DNA of 64,000 nucleotides from Candidatus Omnitrophota bacterium (GTDB lineage Bacteria > Omnitrophota > Gorgyraeia > JAGLLT01): positions 248,319 through 312,318 of the forward strand of contig DAOVJY010000002.1 of NCBI GenBank assembly GCA_030632085.1, written 5' to 3'. Within the stretch, counting starts at the first letter, position 1; each line of letters starts with the position of its first letter. The notes under the pieces were generated by a model. The model saw only the letters and a program-made list of their open reading frames with translations, was not told where the DNA came from and did no database searches. This document shows positions 45,818 to 57,197 of this stretch, one piece after another. The position numbers and the translations under genes were made by a program.

Positions 45818-46957
45818 ATGTTAAAAAAGCGTTATCTACTTACCCCGGGCCCAACACCGGTACCACCGGAATGTCTTTTGGCGATGGCCAAGCCGATTAT
45901 TCACCACAGAACAAAACAATTTAGAGCTTATATAGCAGAGGCGACAAAGGGGCTGCAGGAGGTTTTTCAGACTAAGAATCCTGTCATAACTTTGGCATCT
46001 AGCGGTACGGGAGCTATGGAATCTGCGGTTTGCAACTTACTTTCTAAAGATGATAAAGTCCTGACTGTATCCGGCGGTAAGTTTGGGGAAAGATGGGCTG
46101 AAATATGTAAAGCTTATGGAGTTAACGTTAAAATTATAGAAGTTGAGTGGGGCAAGTCGGTTGATCCGGCCGTAATTAAATCCGAACTTGAAGTTGATTC
46201 TGAAATTAAAGCCGTTTTTACTACACTTTGCGAAACTTCAACCGGAGTTAAAACTGACATAAAAGCGATCGCGGAAATGACTAAAAACCATCAAGCGATT
46301 CAGGTAACTGATGCTATTAGTGCCCTTGGAGCGGAAGAAATTAAAATGGACGATTGGGGCATTGACGTCGTTGTTACAGGTTCACAAAAAGGCCTTATGA
46401 TGCCGCCGGGGCTCGCATTTATCGCCTTAAGTGACAAAGCCTGGAAACTCGCGGAAGTATCAGATTTACCCAAGTATTACTTTAATCTGACGAAAGCTAA
46501 TAAGTCACTTGCTAATAGTGATACACCCTGGACTCCCGCGGTTAATTTAATTATTGGTTTAGTCGAAGCCTTAAATATTATAACCTCGGAAGGCATTGAG
46601 AATGTGCTAAAGAGGCATGAGCTTTTAGCGAAAGCAACAAGAGAAGCTGTGAAGGCAATCGGGTTAGGATTATTAGCACCTGAAAGTCCGTCGTGTGTGG
46701 TTACGGCTGTAAAATTGCCCGAGACTATTGACGGTGTTGAGTTGGTTAAGAAGCTACGAGATAAATATGATGTTTGGGTAGCCGGCGGCCAGGCGCAACT
46801 TAAGGGAAAAATAATCAGAATAGCTCATTTAGGATATATGAATAAATTTGATACAATAGTTGGAATTTCAGCTTTAGAAATGGCCCTAAAAGAAATAGGA
46901 TATGAGTTTGAGTTGGGCGCGGGTATTAAAAAAGCGGAAGAGATTCTAACCGGATAA
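45818..46957 (+). CDS. Class V aminotransferase (probable phosphoserine/serine-pyruvate aminotransferase)
   Basis: PLP fold, SGSQKGLMMPPGLAF lysine region; sits upstream of serA. Confidence 0.7.
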   Translation: MLKKRYLLTPGPTPVPPECLLAMAKPIIHHRTKQFRAYIAEATKGLQEVFQTKNPVITLASSGTGAMESAVCNLLSKDDKVLTVSGGKFGERWAEICKAYGVNVKIIEVEWGKSVDPAVIKSELEVDSEIKAVFTTLCETSTGVKTDIKAIAEMTKNHQAIQVTDAISALGAEEIKMDDWGIDVVVTGSQKGLMMPPGLAFIALSDKAWKLAEVSDLPKYYFNLTKANKSLANSDTPWTPAVNLIIGLVEALNIITSEGIENVLKRHELLAKATREAVKAIGLGLLAPESPSCVVTAVKLPETIDGVELVKKLRDKYDVWVAGGQAQLKGKIIRIAHLGYMNKFDTIVGISALEMALKEIGYEFELGAGIKKAEEILTG

Positions 46958-46985
46958 AAAATAAATCTACTTGGAGGTTTTATAA

Positions 46986-48566
46986 ATGAAAATACTGGTC
47001 AGCGATCCGTTAGCCAAAGAAGGCATAGAAATTCTAAAAAAAGTTAAGACTTTTCAGGTGGATGAAAAATCTAAATTATCTCCTGAGGAGCTAAAAAAAA
47101 TAATCAAGGATTATGATGCCATTGTTATCAGATCCGGTACAAAGTTAACAAAAGATATAATTGAAAATGCCAACAAGATGAAAGTTATTGGTAGAGCCGG
47201 CGTAGGAGTTGATAATGTTGATGTTGATACTGCCAGCCTAAAAGGCATAGTTGTAATGAACGCTCCCGGAGGTAATACTATTTCTACAGCGGAGCATGCC
47301 TTTAGTCTTCTTTTGGCACTTTTAAGAAATATTCCTCAGGCAAACGCTTCTCTCAAGCAGAATCTCTGGGAGAGAAAAAAATTTATGGGAAGCCAGGTTT
47401 TTGGAAAAACGTTGGGTATTATCGGTATGGGCCGCATAGGAACGGAGTTTGCTAAAAGGGCGATAGCGTTTGGAATGAAGGCAATAGCTTTTGATCCGTA
47501 TCTGTCATTAGAAAAGGCTAAGGAGCTTAATGTAGAAATAGTTACTCTTAAAAAATTATTTTCAGAATCAGATTGCATTACCATACATACCCCTCTTACA
47601 GATGATACCAGGCATCTGATTAGCACGGATGAGTTTAATATGATGAAAAAGGGAGTAAGGATAGTAAATTGTGCTAGAGGCGGTATTGTTGACGAAAAAG
47701 CTTTATTGGAAGCCATTAAAAAAGGTATTGTTGCGGGAGCAGCTCTTGATGTTTTTGAAAAATCACCCCCGGTAAACAATCCTCTCGTTTTATTGGATTG
47801 CGTAGTTGCTACTCCGCATTTAGGCGCATCAACAGAAGAGGCTCAGGTAAGTGTAGCTATTGACATAGCTAAGCAAATTAGAGACGCGCTTTTGGGTAAA
47901 GGATATAAAAACGCTGTTAATTTACCGGCGGTTGATCCGGAAATTCTTGAAATTGTAAAGCCTTACATTGATTTGGCGGAAAAATTAGGTAAATTTCAAA
48001 GTCAAATACTGGATGGCAGAATAAATCAAATCATCATAAAATATAGTGGGGAGATAGCCAAATATACGCTGGCTCCGGTTACTATGGGTTTGGTTAAGGG
48101 GATATTATCCCCCATATTAGAAGAAGATGTTAATTATGTTAATGCCCAGGTTATAGCAAAGAATAGAGGCATTAAGGTAATTGAAAGCAAGCAGGAAGAG
48201 GCTGAAGAGTTTAGCAGTCTTATCAATGTTGAAGTTGTAACCGGTAAGGGTAAGAGTGAAGTAGGCGCTACAATGTTTACCAAGCAGGATCCCAGGATAG
48301 TTAAGGTTAATGATTTTTATGTTGACGCGGTTCCATCCGGTTATATGATGCTAACCAGGCATAAAGATGTGGCGGGTATGATTGGTCAAATTGGAACAAT
48401 ATTGGGTAAGAATAAGATAAATATCGCAGCTATGGCTGTAGGTAGAAAGAAAAAAGGCGGCGAAGCTATTACTGTTTTAAACATTGATGCTGCCGTAAAT
48501 GATAAGGTTATAAAAGAACTTAAATCCGCCAAGAACATTAAAGATGTGAAGTTAATAAAACTTTAA
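46986..48566 (+). CDS. serA: D-3-phosphoglycerate dehydrogenase with a C-terminal ACT domain
   Basis: GxGxxG NAD site (GIIGMGRIG), catalytic R/E/H, ACT tail. Confidence 0.85.
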   Translation: MKILVSDPLAKEGIEILKKVKTFQVDEKSKLSPEELKKIIKDYDAIVIRSGTKLTKDIIENANKMKVIGRAGVGVDNVDVDTASLKGIVVMNAPGGNTISTAEHAFSLLLALLRNIPQANASLKQNLWERKKFMGSQVFGKTLGIIGMGRIGTEFAKRAIAFGMKAIAFDPYLSLEKAKELNVEIVTLKKLFSESDCITIHTPLTDDTRHLISTDEFNMMKKGVRIVNCARGGIVDEKALLEAIKKGIVAGAALDVFEKSPPVNNPLVLLDCVVATPHLGASTEEAQVSVAIDIAKQIRDALLGKGYKNAVNLPAVDPEILEIVKPYIDLAEKLGKFQSQILDGRINQIIIKYSGEIAKYTLAPVTMGLVKGILSPILEEDVNYVNAQVIAKNRGIKVIESKQEEAEEFSSLINVEVVTGKGKSEVGATMFTKQDPRIVKVNDFYVDAVPSGYMMLTRHKDVAGMIGQIGTILGKNKINIAAMAVGRKKKGGEAITVLNIDAAVNDKVIKELKSAKNIKDVKLIKL

Positions 48567-48620
48567 GGCTCTTTTGGTGTTTAGTATTATTTCTTTTGCA
48601 ATCTCAAAGAGGAGAAGCGA

Positions 48621-49865
48621 ATGGCTAAGAAAAGCAAAAATGTTATAAGAATAATTGATGTTACCAATAGAGATGGTGTGCAGACAGCTCGTTTAGGATT
48701 GGCAAAACTTCAAAAAACAATAGTAAATATTTTACTAAATGATGCGGGTGTATACCAGAGTGAATTTGGTTTTCCTGTTACGCGTCATGAGACAAATTAT
48801 ATTAATGCCAATCTTGAGTTATCAAAGTTGGGTGTTATAAAACCCATGGTGCTTGAGGGCTGGATCAGGGCGATTCCGCAAGATGTTGAAGAGGCTGTTA
48901 AATTAACTAATGTCAAACATTTAAATATTTCTATTTCAACATCAAATCAGATGATTAAAGGTAAGTTTGGCGGCAGAAAGAATAAAGATGACATTATTAA
49001 GTTAATGATAGCAGCTTTAAGAAAAGCTAAAGAAAAAGGCATTAAAACCGTAGGTGTCAACTCGGAAGATGCCTCTCGTACAAATATGAACTATCTAATT
49101 AAGTTTGCTAAAGCCGCCAGAGATAATGGCGCGGACAGAATAAGGTATTGCGATACTTTGGGCTTTGATAACCCGATGTCTATTTATGGCAGAATTTCTG
49201 ATTTAGCTGCCGATGTTGGTTTGCCGGTAGAAATCCACTGTCATAATGATTTGGGTATGGTTATAGGTAATTCAGTTATTGGTGCTAAAGCCGCTATTGA
49301 TAATGGAGTTGATGCTTATATTAATACAACTATTAATGGTATGGGTGAAAGAGCGGGCAATGCGGACCTCGTATCCGTTATACTAGCACTAAAATATTCG
49401 AAGGATTTAGGTAAAGAAAATCTTCTGGATAATAAAATTAAATTAGATATGGCCTGGAAAATATCTAAATATGCTTCCTATGCCTTCGGAGTTCCAGTAC
49501 CTATTAACCAGCCGGGAGTTGGATCTAATGCTTTTGCTCATGAGTCAGGCATACATGCTGATGGCGCATTAAAGGATAGGCGCAATTATGAGTTGTATGA
49601 TTTTGAAGATCTCGGAAGAGGCGAACCGGATGTTATTGATACAGGCCGTAAGATTACGGCTGGCGAATATAGCGGTATTAAAGGCTTCAGAAACGTATAT
49701 CAAAGATTAGCTATCAAGTTCAAAAATGATATTGAGGCAAGGCAAATATTGGAACTAGTCAGATATGCGAATGTTCAAACCCAGAAGCCGTTAGTAGAGG
49801 ATGAGCTAAAATTTATTGCCGCGTATCCTAAAATCGCCAAGAAAATATTAACAATTACACCGTAA
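48621..49865 (+). CDS. HMGL-like DRE-TIM metallolyase (homocitrate/citramalate/isopropylmalate synthase-like)
   Basis: DVTNRDGVQ and HCHNDLGM motifs. Confidence 0.65.
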   Translation: MAKKSKNVIRIIDVTNRDGVQTARLGLAKLQKTIVNILLNDAGVYQSEFGFPVTRHETNYINANLELSKLGVIKPMVLEGWIRAIPQDVEEAVKLTNVKHLNISISTSNQMIKGKFGGRKNKDDIIKLMIAALRKAKEKGIKTVGVNSEDASRTNMNYLIKFAKAARDNGADRIRYCDTLGFDNPMSIYGRISDLAADVGLPVEIHCHNDLGMVIGNSVIGAKAAIDNGVDAYINTTINGMGERAGNADLVSVILALKYSKDLGKENLLDNKIKLDMAWKISKYASYAFGVPVPINQPGVGSNAFAHESGIHADGALKDRRNYELYDFEDLGRGEPDVIDTGRKITAGEYSGIKGFRNVYQRLAIKFKNDIEARQILELVRYANVQTQKPLVEDELKFIAAYPKIAKKILTITP

Positions 49866-49994
49866 AAATTTTATTAAGCTAATCTCTATAATTTTAAAGA
49901 TATCTAACTTATTTTTATGGTATAATAAAACAGATTTAATGAGTTGCGTATCTAAATGGGCAGGAATTTATATTCTGCAATTAAGGAGGGTAAT

Positions 49995-51314
49995 ATGTTA
50001 AACAGACTATCGAGTTTAATTCTGGCTATACTCATTTTGTTGTCTATGGCCGGTGAAGCCGCGGCTAGGAGTTCTGTTTTAGAAAGTGTTACATATAAGA
50101 CAGAGGAGAACAGATCGGCAATTACCTTTTTATATAATCAGCCAACAAAAATGGTTTTTTATACCATAGGCAATCCTCCTCAAATAGTGGCTGATATCGT
50201 CGGAAACGCTTTTGCTCAGGCAGCCAATGTCCCAACAGAAATTATAGTAAATGGCGTTGAAGTAAAAAGCATTATACCTTTCGTAGATCCTTCCCTGGGT
50301 GATGCTTATTTTTATGGAATTGATTTCTTGGTAATTCATCTGAAGGAGAAAGTGGCCTATACACAGGTAAAGCATAAAAAAGGATATACGCTTTATATCG
50401 CTAATTCTCCGAGCCAGGAGATTGCTGATATAAGGCCGCAATTTAAAAAAGAAGTAAAAAAAGAAAAAATTAAAACAGCCCCATCAACATCTCCAATAAC
50501 TCCAGATAGAACCCAAATAGCAGCGGCTGAAAAAGTAAAAGCTGAACCTATGCCGGAAGTTAATATTGAAAGTCAAGCTATAGCTGCCGCTATTAATGCC
50601 GAACCTGGAGCAACCGAAGATAAGCCGGAAACGGCCCTCGAGTTTAAACCAAAGAAAATAGACCTTAAAAGTAAAAAAGTTTATGATGATTCTGACGATT
50701 CTGTAATCTTGGATACTAATATAAGCTTTGGTAAAGGCGATAGCGATTTTAAAGATGAAAGGCCAATTAAAAGAGAAAAAAAATCTAAGGCTAAAGTAAA
50801 AAAGAAGACAGCCGGGGAAACTGCTGAGAGAACAATTAAGTCCGATATTCCTTCAGATAAAGAAGTAAGGAGTGCGGGGGTTGAATTGGAGCCTAAGAAT
50901 GTCGCTGCTATAACTCCAGCGGCACACACTGAAAAATTACGCTTAGCTATGCAATGGCGCCAGATTGGATACAGTCATCAAAAAAACAAGGAGTATGATA
51001 AAGCCCTTAAATCTTATAATAAAGCTGTTGAACTGCACCCTAATTATGCCTGCATACATAACGATTTAGGTATTATATATTTTCATCTTGGGGTTTACGA
51101 TAAAGCGATAGTAGAATTTCAGAAAGCAATCAAATTAGATAATGAATATTTAGCTTCTTACAGTAATTTAGCTACGGTTTATGAGCAGATTGGCGATAAT
51201 AAAAAGGCAATTGAATATTGGCGGAAAAGAGTTGCTGCGTCAAAATCTAATGATGTTTGGACTCAAAAAGCAAAACAAAAGATAGAAGAATTAGAGAGAA
51301 AAGGCGATAAATAA
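49995..51314 (+). CDS. Exported protein with an N-terminal AMIN-like domain and C-terminal TPR repeats. The ATG at 49995 follows a GGAGGG RBS.
   Basis: Signal peptide; TPR consensus (YDKALKSYNKAVELHPNY..). Confidence 0.55.
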   Translation: MLNRLSSLILAILILLSMAGEAAARSSVLESVTYKTEENRSAITFLYNQPTKMVFYTIGNPPQIVADIVGNAFAQAANVPTEIIVNGVEVKSIIPFVDPSLGDAYFYGIDFLVIHLKEKVAYTQVKHKKGYTLYIANSPSQEIADIRPQFKKEVKKEKIKTAPSTSPITPDRTQIAAAEKVKAEPMPEVNIESQAIAAAINAEPGATEDKPETALEFKPKKIDLKSKKVYDDSDDSVILDTNISFGKGDSDFKDERPIKREKKSKAKVKKKTAGETAERTIKSDIPSDKEVRSAGVELEPKNVAAITPAAHTEKLRLAMQWRQIGYSHQKNKEYDKALKSYNKAVELHPNYACIHNDLGIIYFHLGVYDKAIVEFQKAIKLDNEYLASYSNLATVYEQIGDNKKAIEYWRKRVAASKSNDVWTQKAKQKIEELERKGDK

Positions 51315-51367
51315 AATCTATATTGATTGGCAGGGGTAAGTTTTGCTCCTGCCTTCGGTATGTTTAA

Positions 51368-52687
<1,320 letters not shown>

Positions 52688-52688
52688 G

Positions 52689-54887
52689 TTGATGATTCTT
52701 GATAACATGTGGTATTTAATAATACCTGTCGCAGTTTGCCTTTTGGGTCTGGTGGTCGCGAAAATTCTAGCTTCTTTTGTTATGAGGCAAGATAAGGGTA
52801 ATGAAAATATGACCGAGGTTCATGGCTATATCCGGTCTGGCTCTATGATGTTTATGTTTGAGGAGGCCAGGGTAATGCTCGCGGCTTTAGTGATAATAGC
52901 CGCGGTTTTATGGGCCATATGGGATTGGCAGATAGCTATCAGTTTTACCATAGGAACTTTTTGTTCCGGCTTGGCAGGCTTTATAGGTATGAATATGGCT
53001 ACAAATGCTAATGTGAGAACCGCCCAGGCTGCTAGCGGAGGTTTCTCGAAAGCTTTAAAGGTGGCTTTTTCAGGCGGAGCTGTTATGGGAATTTCTGTTG
53101 GTTCTATTGCCTTACTGGGGTTATGCTTTGTAATCTGGATATTTAGATCTCAATTTATAGCTGATAATCTTGGTATTGAAAGTATCAGAGTTCCATTAAT
53201 AAGCGATATGCTCGGCGGTCGGGAAATAAACTTTATTAAAGGTGCTCTTATTATTAGCGCCTATTCAATGGGTGCTTCCCTGGTGGCTCTCTTTGATAGG
53301 GTTGGCGGTGGGATTTATACAAAAGCCGCCGATATGGCAGCCGATATGGTGGGGAAGGTTGAGGAGAGTATTCCGGAGGATGATGCTAGAAATCCCGCGA
53401 CTATTGCTGATAACGTTGGAGATAATGTAGGTGATGTTGGTGGTTTGGGGGCGGATTTATTAGAGTCTTTTGTGGGTGCAATCATTTCAGTTATTGTAAT
53501 AACGCTTTATATTTATGTAGGTAGGTCTAATCCTGATATAACAAGCGGTATATTAAGTAAGCTTGGCCTAGGTGATTTATCGGCCGCTAATTTCGCGGGA
53601 GCTTTGTATTTACCAATTCTTTTAGTTGCCGGAGGTATAATCGCGTCTCTGGCAGGAATTCTTTTTGTAACCTTATCTAAAAGTGAAAATGCTCACGCTA
53701 CTTTAATGAATGGCACCAGATTAAGTGCCTTATTAACTGCCGGTTTCGCTTATTTCGTTGTAAGTAAATTAAGTCCTTTTAATCTAGTGCCGTTCTGGTC
53801 TGTGCTAATTGGACTTGGTTCAGGAATTCTTATAGGGTTTACCAGCGAATATTTTACTTCCTATCAATTTAAGCCGGTTAAAAAATTGGCTGAAACATGC
53901 CAGGGGGGTGCCGGTGTTACTGTAGCTGCCGGGTTAGGATTAGGTATGAAATCTTCATTTTTCCCGGTGTTAATTATCACTGCGGCTACAATTTTTTCTT
54001 ATCAGCTTGGAGGATTGGTTGCTATTACGTATACGGCTTTGGGTATGCTTTCCTTTGTAGTTATGACAGTTTCCGTAGATACTTATGGTCCTATTGCTGA
54101 TAATGCCGGCGGTATTAGCCAGATGGCAAATTTGCCTGCTAAAGTGAGAGAGGTTACCGATGAATTGGATTCAATTGGTAATACGACTGCGGCTATAGGA
54201 AAAGGATTTGCTATTGGTTCAGCAGCGTTCGCGTCTTTAGGCTTAATAGCAGCGTATCTCTGGTCAGCTATCGGTAGTGCTCAGGAGATTAATCTGCCAA
54301 ATATTCAGCTTTTAAGCCCGGAGGTCGGGGCTTATGTTATCGCGGGTCTTTTGTTAGGTGCCATGGTTCCGTACGTATTTTCATCTTTGCTAATTGAATC
54401 GGTAAGTGAGACGGCCGATAAGATGATTATTGAAGTCAGAAGACAGTTTAAAGAAAATCCGGGTATTTTAAAAGGTGAAGTAATTCCTGATTATAATAAA
54501 TGTATTGCTATTTCATCAAGTCATAGTTTGAAAAAAATGGTTTTCCCGGCATTGATTGCTGTCATTACACCTTTATTGATAGGGATGCTTTTGGGTCGTG
54601 TAGCATTAGCCGGTTTCTTATTTGGGTCTCTCTTGTCAGCCCTTCTTTTGGCCTTATTGTGTGCCAATACGGGAGGAGCTCTTGATAATGCTAAGAAATA
54701 TATTGAGACAGGAAAGTTTGGCGGTAAAGGCTCAAAGGCTCATGCGGCTAGTGTTGCTGGAGATACATTCGGAGATCCTTTAAAAGATACGGTAGGGCCT
54801 TCTTTGGATATTCTGATTAAACTTATGTCAGTTGTTTCGTTATTATTTGCTTCATTATTTCCGATAGCGCCGATATTTATGAAGTGA
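52689..54887 (+). CDS. hppA: Membrane-bound proton/sodium-translocating pyrophosphatase
   Basis: GDNVGDVGG and AGDTFGDPLKDTVGPSL motifs; about 16 TM helices. Confidence 0.9.
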   Translation: MMILDNMWYLIIPVAVCLLGLVVAKILASFVMRQDKGNENMTEVHGYIRSGSMMFMFEEARVMLAALVIIAAVLWAIWDWQIAISFTIGTFCSGLAGFIGMNMATNANVRTAQAASGGFSKALKVAFSGGAVMGISVGSIALLGLCFVIWIFRSQFIADNLGIESIRVPLISDMLGGREINFIKGALIISAYSMGASLVALFDRVGGGIYTKAADMAADMVGKVEESIPEDDARNPATIADNVGDNVGDVGGLGADLLESFVGAIISVIVITLYIYVGRSNPDITSGILSKLGLGDLSAANFAGALYLPILLVAGGIIASLAGILFVTLSKSENAHATLMNGTRLSALLTAGFAYFVVSKLSPFNLVPFWSVLIGLGSGILIGFTSEYFTSYQFKPVKKLAETCQGGAGVTVAAGLGLGMKSSFFPVLIITAATIFSYQLGGLVAITYTALGMLSFVVMTVSVDTYGPIADNAGGISQMANLPAKVREVTDELDSIGNTTAAIGKGFAIGSAAFASLGLIAAYLWSAIGSAQEINLPNIQLLSPEVGAYVIAGLLLGAMVPYVFSSLLIESVSETADKMIIEVRRQFKENPGILKGEVIPDYNKCIAISSSHSLKKMVFPALIAVITPLLIGMLLGRVALAGFLFGSLLSALLLALLCANTGGALDNAKKYIETGKFGGKGSKAHAASVAGDTFGDPLKDTVGPSLDILIKLMSVVSLLFASLFPIAPIFMK

Positions 54888-54910
54888 ATTTAATAATTTG
54901 TCTTGATAGG

Positions 54911-54939
54911 TTGACACCTTATGTAAATTCTGTTATTAT
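54911..54939 (+). promoter_or_regulatory. sigma70-like promoter (TTGACA, 17 bp, TATTAT)
   Basis: Consensus hexamers upstream of the OmpA-like lipoprotein gene. Confidence 0.5.
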
Positions 54940-54966
54940 AGTTACAGAAAAGTAAGGGGTGAAGAT

Positions 54967-55617
54967 ATGGAAAAAAGCATGAAGAAGTTTGGTTTTTATT
55001 TTGTGTCGGCAATCATGATGATGCTCTTAACTGGTTGTGCTATTGGTGTGCATAAGAGAAGCCCCCAGGATGTTAAGACAATCAAAAGCTTAAGTCAGCA
55101 ATTAGAAGAATTGAGACGCACTAAAGCTGAGCTGGAAAGGCAGTTGCAAAAAGAAATTGCCCGGGGAGATGTTAGTATAACTATGGGTAAGCGCGGCTTA
55201 GTTGTTACGGTAGTCGCGGAGGTGCTTTTCGATTCAGGCAAAGCCAAGGTAAAACCTCAAGGGCAAACGGTTCTTAATAAAGTAGCTAATGTTTTAGGGC
55301 CATTGAGTGAGGATATTGCCATTGAAGGACACACGGATAATGTGCCTATTAAGTTTTCTCGTTGGAAATCTAATTGGGAACTTTCAACTCAAAGAGCGTT
55401 AAATGTATTGCATTATTTTGAAGATGATAAAGGTGTAAATCCTCAGAGATTGTCAGCTACGGGATATGGACCGTATCATCCGGTTGCATCTAATGATACC
55501 CCTGAAGGTAAGCAGATGAATAGAAGAGTTGAAATTATAATTCTTCCCAATGATGGCTTGACGGCACCAATAGGGTCAGGTTCAGCGTCTGATGATTATG
55601 ATCAATTCATAAAGTAA
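54967..55617 (+). CDS. OmpA/MotB-domain lipoprotein (Pal-like)
   Basis: Lipobox LLTGCA; TDNVPI...NWELSTQRA OmpA_C motifs. Confidence 0.75.
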   Translation: MEKSMKKFGFYFVSAIMMMLLTGCAIGVHKRSPQDVKTIKSLSQQLEELRRTKAELERQLQKEIARGDVSITMGKRGLVVTVVAEVLFDSGKAKVKPQGQTVLNKVANVLGPLSEDIAIEGHTDNVPIKFSRWKSNWELSTQRALNVLHYFEDDKGVNPQRLSATGYGPYHPVASNDTPEGKQMNRRVEIIILPNDGLTAPIGSGSASDDYDQFIK

Positions 55618-55646
55618 TTTACCAAAGATAAATAGAGGTTAACATC

Positions 55647-55676
55647 GGGGGATATGATTAATATCCCCCCTTTTTT
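55647..55676 (+). terminator. Rho-independent terminator (GGGGGATAT..ATATCCCCC plus T6)
   Basis: 9-bp stem, U-tract. Confidence 0.7.
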
Positions 55677-55682
55677 CATAAA

Positions 55683-56393
55683 ATGCAGGACAATATAAGA
55701 ACTCCCCAACATATAGCTATAATTATGGACGGTAATGGCCGGTGGGCTGCCCGAAAAGGGTTACCTCGGATAATGGGCCATAAGGCCGGTGTTGAAACTG
55801 TCGAAAAGATAATTGACGCGGTATTAGAATTCGGCGTAAGGTATTTGACATTGTATGTTTTCTCTTACGAAAACTGGAAACGCCCTAAGGCGGAAGTGAA
55901 TGCTTTAATGGGTTATTTGAAGACGTATCTTGCTAAAGCTGATAAAGAATTTAATAAAAAGGGAGTACGTTTACTGGCTATAGGTGAGCTTAGCATGCTT
56001 CCTGATGATGTTGCTCAAAGGCTTCAGCAAACCATTGAGAACACAAAAGATAATTCTAATATGACTGTGGTATTGGCTTTAAGTTATGGCAGTAGGCAGG
56101 AGATAGTTCAAGCCGCAAAGAATATAGCTCAAGATGTCAAAAACAAAAAGATTAATTTAAGTAGCATTAATGAAGATTTTTTTAGCAAATATTTATATAC
56201 CTCGCAAATACCTGACCCGGATATATTAATCAGAACTTCTTATGAGCTAAGATTAAGCAACTTTCTTTTATGGCAATTATCTTACGCGGAGTTCTATTTT
56301 AGTAAAAAGATGTGGCCGGATTTTACAAAAGAAGATTTGCTTGAAGTTATTTCTGATTTTCAGAAAAGAAAAAGAAGATATGGTAATGTCTAA
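55683..56393 (+). CDS. uppS: Undecaprenyl pyrophosphate synthase
   Basis: HIAIIMDGNGRWA motif. Confidence 0.9.
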   Translation: MQDNIRTPQHIAIIMDGNGRWAARKGLPRIMGHKAGVETVEKIIDAVLEFGVRYLTLYVFSYENWKRPKAEVNALMGYLKTYLAKADKEFNKKGVRLLAIGELSMLPDDVAQRLQQTIENTKDNSNMTVVLALSYGSRQEIVQAAKNIAQDVKNKKINLSSINEDFFSKYLYTSQIPDPDILIRTSYELRLSNFLLWQLSYAEFYFSKKMWPDFTKEDLLEVISDFQKRKRRYGNV

Positions 56394-57186
56394 AGTTTTA
56401 GTTAAAAGAATTCTCTTAAATGTTATCCTTGTCGTAATGACATTGGTTTCAATATTTGTTTGTCCTTCCTGGATTTTTATGATTTGGTTAATGTTATTTA
56501 TTGGTCTTGGCTTAAATGAACTTTTTGACATGATACTTAAAAAAGGCGTACCTGTTTACAAAAAAACAGGTATTTTTATGGGGCTGGTTATTCCGCTTAT
56601 CATATTAAATCCGGCAGAAGAATTGGTTTTAGTTTTTTTATTACTGGCTTTTATACTGTTCTTTGCTTTGCAATTTTTTAAAAAGAACCATATGGACGCA
56701 ATTTTAGGTATTTCCACTACGGTTTTTGGAGTTATTTATGTAAGTTGGTTAGCTAGCTATCTTTTGAAAATTAGACAATTCGACCAGGGAAGTCTTTTAG
56801 TCTTGTTTACCATTTTGGTTTGTAAGGCATCTGATGCCGGAGCCTTTTTTATAGGAAAAAATTTTGGCAGGCATAAACTCTTAAAAGAAATTAGTCCCAA
56901 TAAATCCATTGAAGGCGCAATCGGAGGATTTTGTTTTAGTATCTTAGCTGCTTTTTTAAGCAAGATATACCTTACTCGGATATCTGTACACCATCTTTTA
57001 GTCTTGGGTGTCTTAGTTGGTTTAGCCGCGCAGCTGGGAGATTTGTCAGAATCTCTTATTAAGCGCGATTGCGCGGTGAAAGATTCGGGCAATTTGATAC
57101 CCGGTCAAGGCGGCGTGCTGGATACGTTAGACAGCATCCTTTTTTCAGCTCCGATAGTATATTTGTACCTCAAATACATTTTATAG
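56386..57186 (+). CDS. cdsA: Phosphatidate cytidylyltransferase. Start ambiguous; 56386 is chosen because it overlaps the uppS stop.
   Basis: C-terminal ...KRD..VKDSGNLIPGHGGVLDR.DS motif. Confidence 0.8.
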   Translation: MSKVLVKRILLNVILVVMTLVSIFVCPSWIFMIWLMLFIGLGLNELFDMILKKGVPVYKKTGIFMGLVIPLIILNPAEELVLVFLLLAFILFFALQFFKKNHMDAILGISTTVFGVIYVSWLASYLLKIRQFDQGSLLVLFTILVCKASDAGAFFIGKNFGRHKLLKEISPNKSIEGAIGGFCFSILAAFLSKIYLTRISVHHLLVLGVLVGLAAQLGDLSESLIKRDCAVKDSGNLIPGQGGVLDTLDSILFSAPIVYLYLKYIL

Positions 57187-57197
57187 AAAAGATTAGT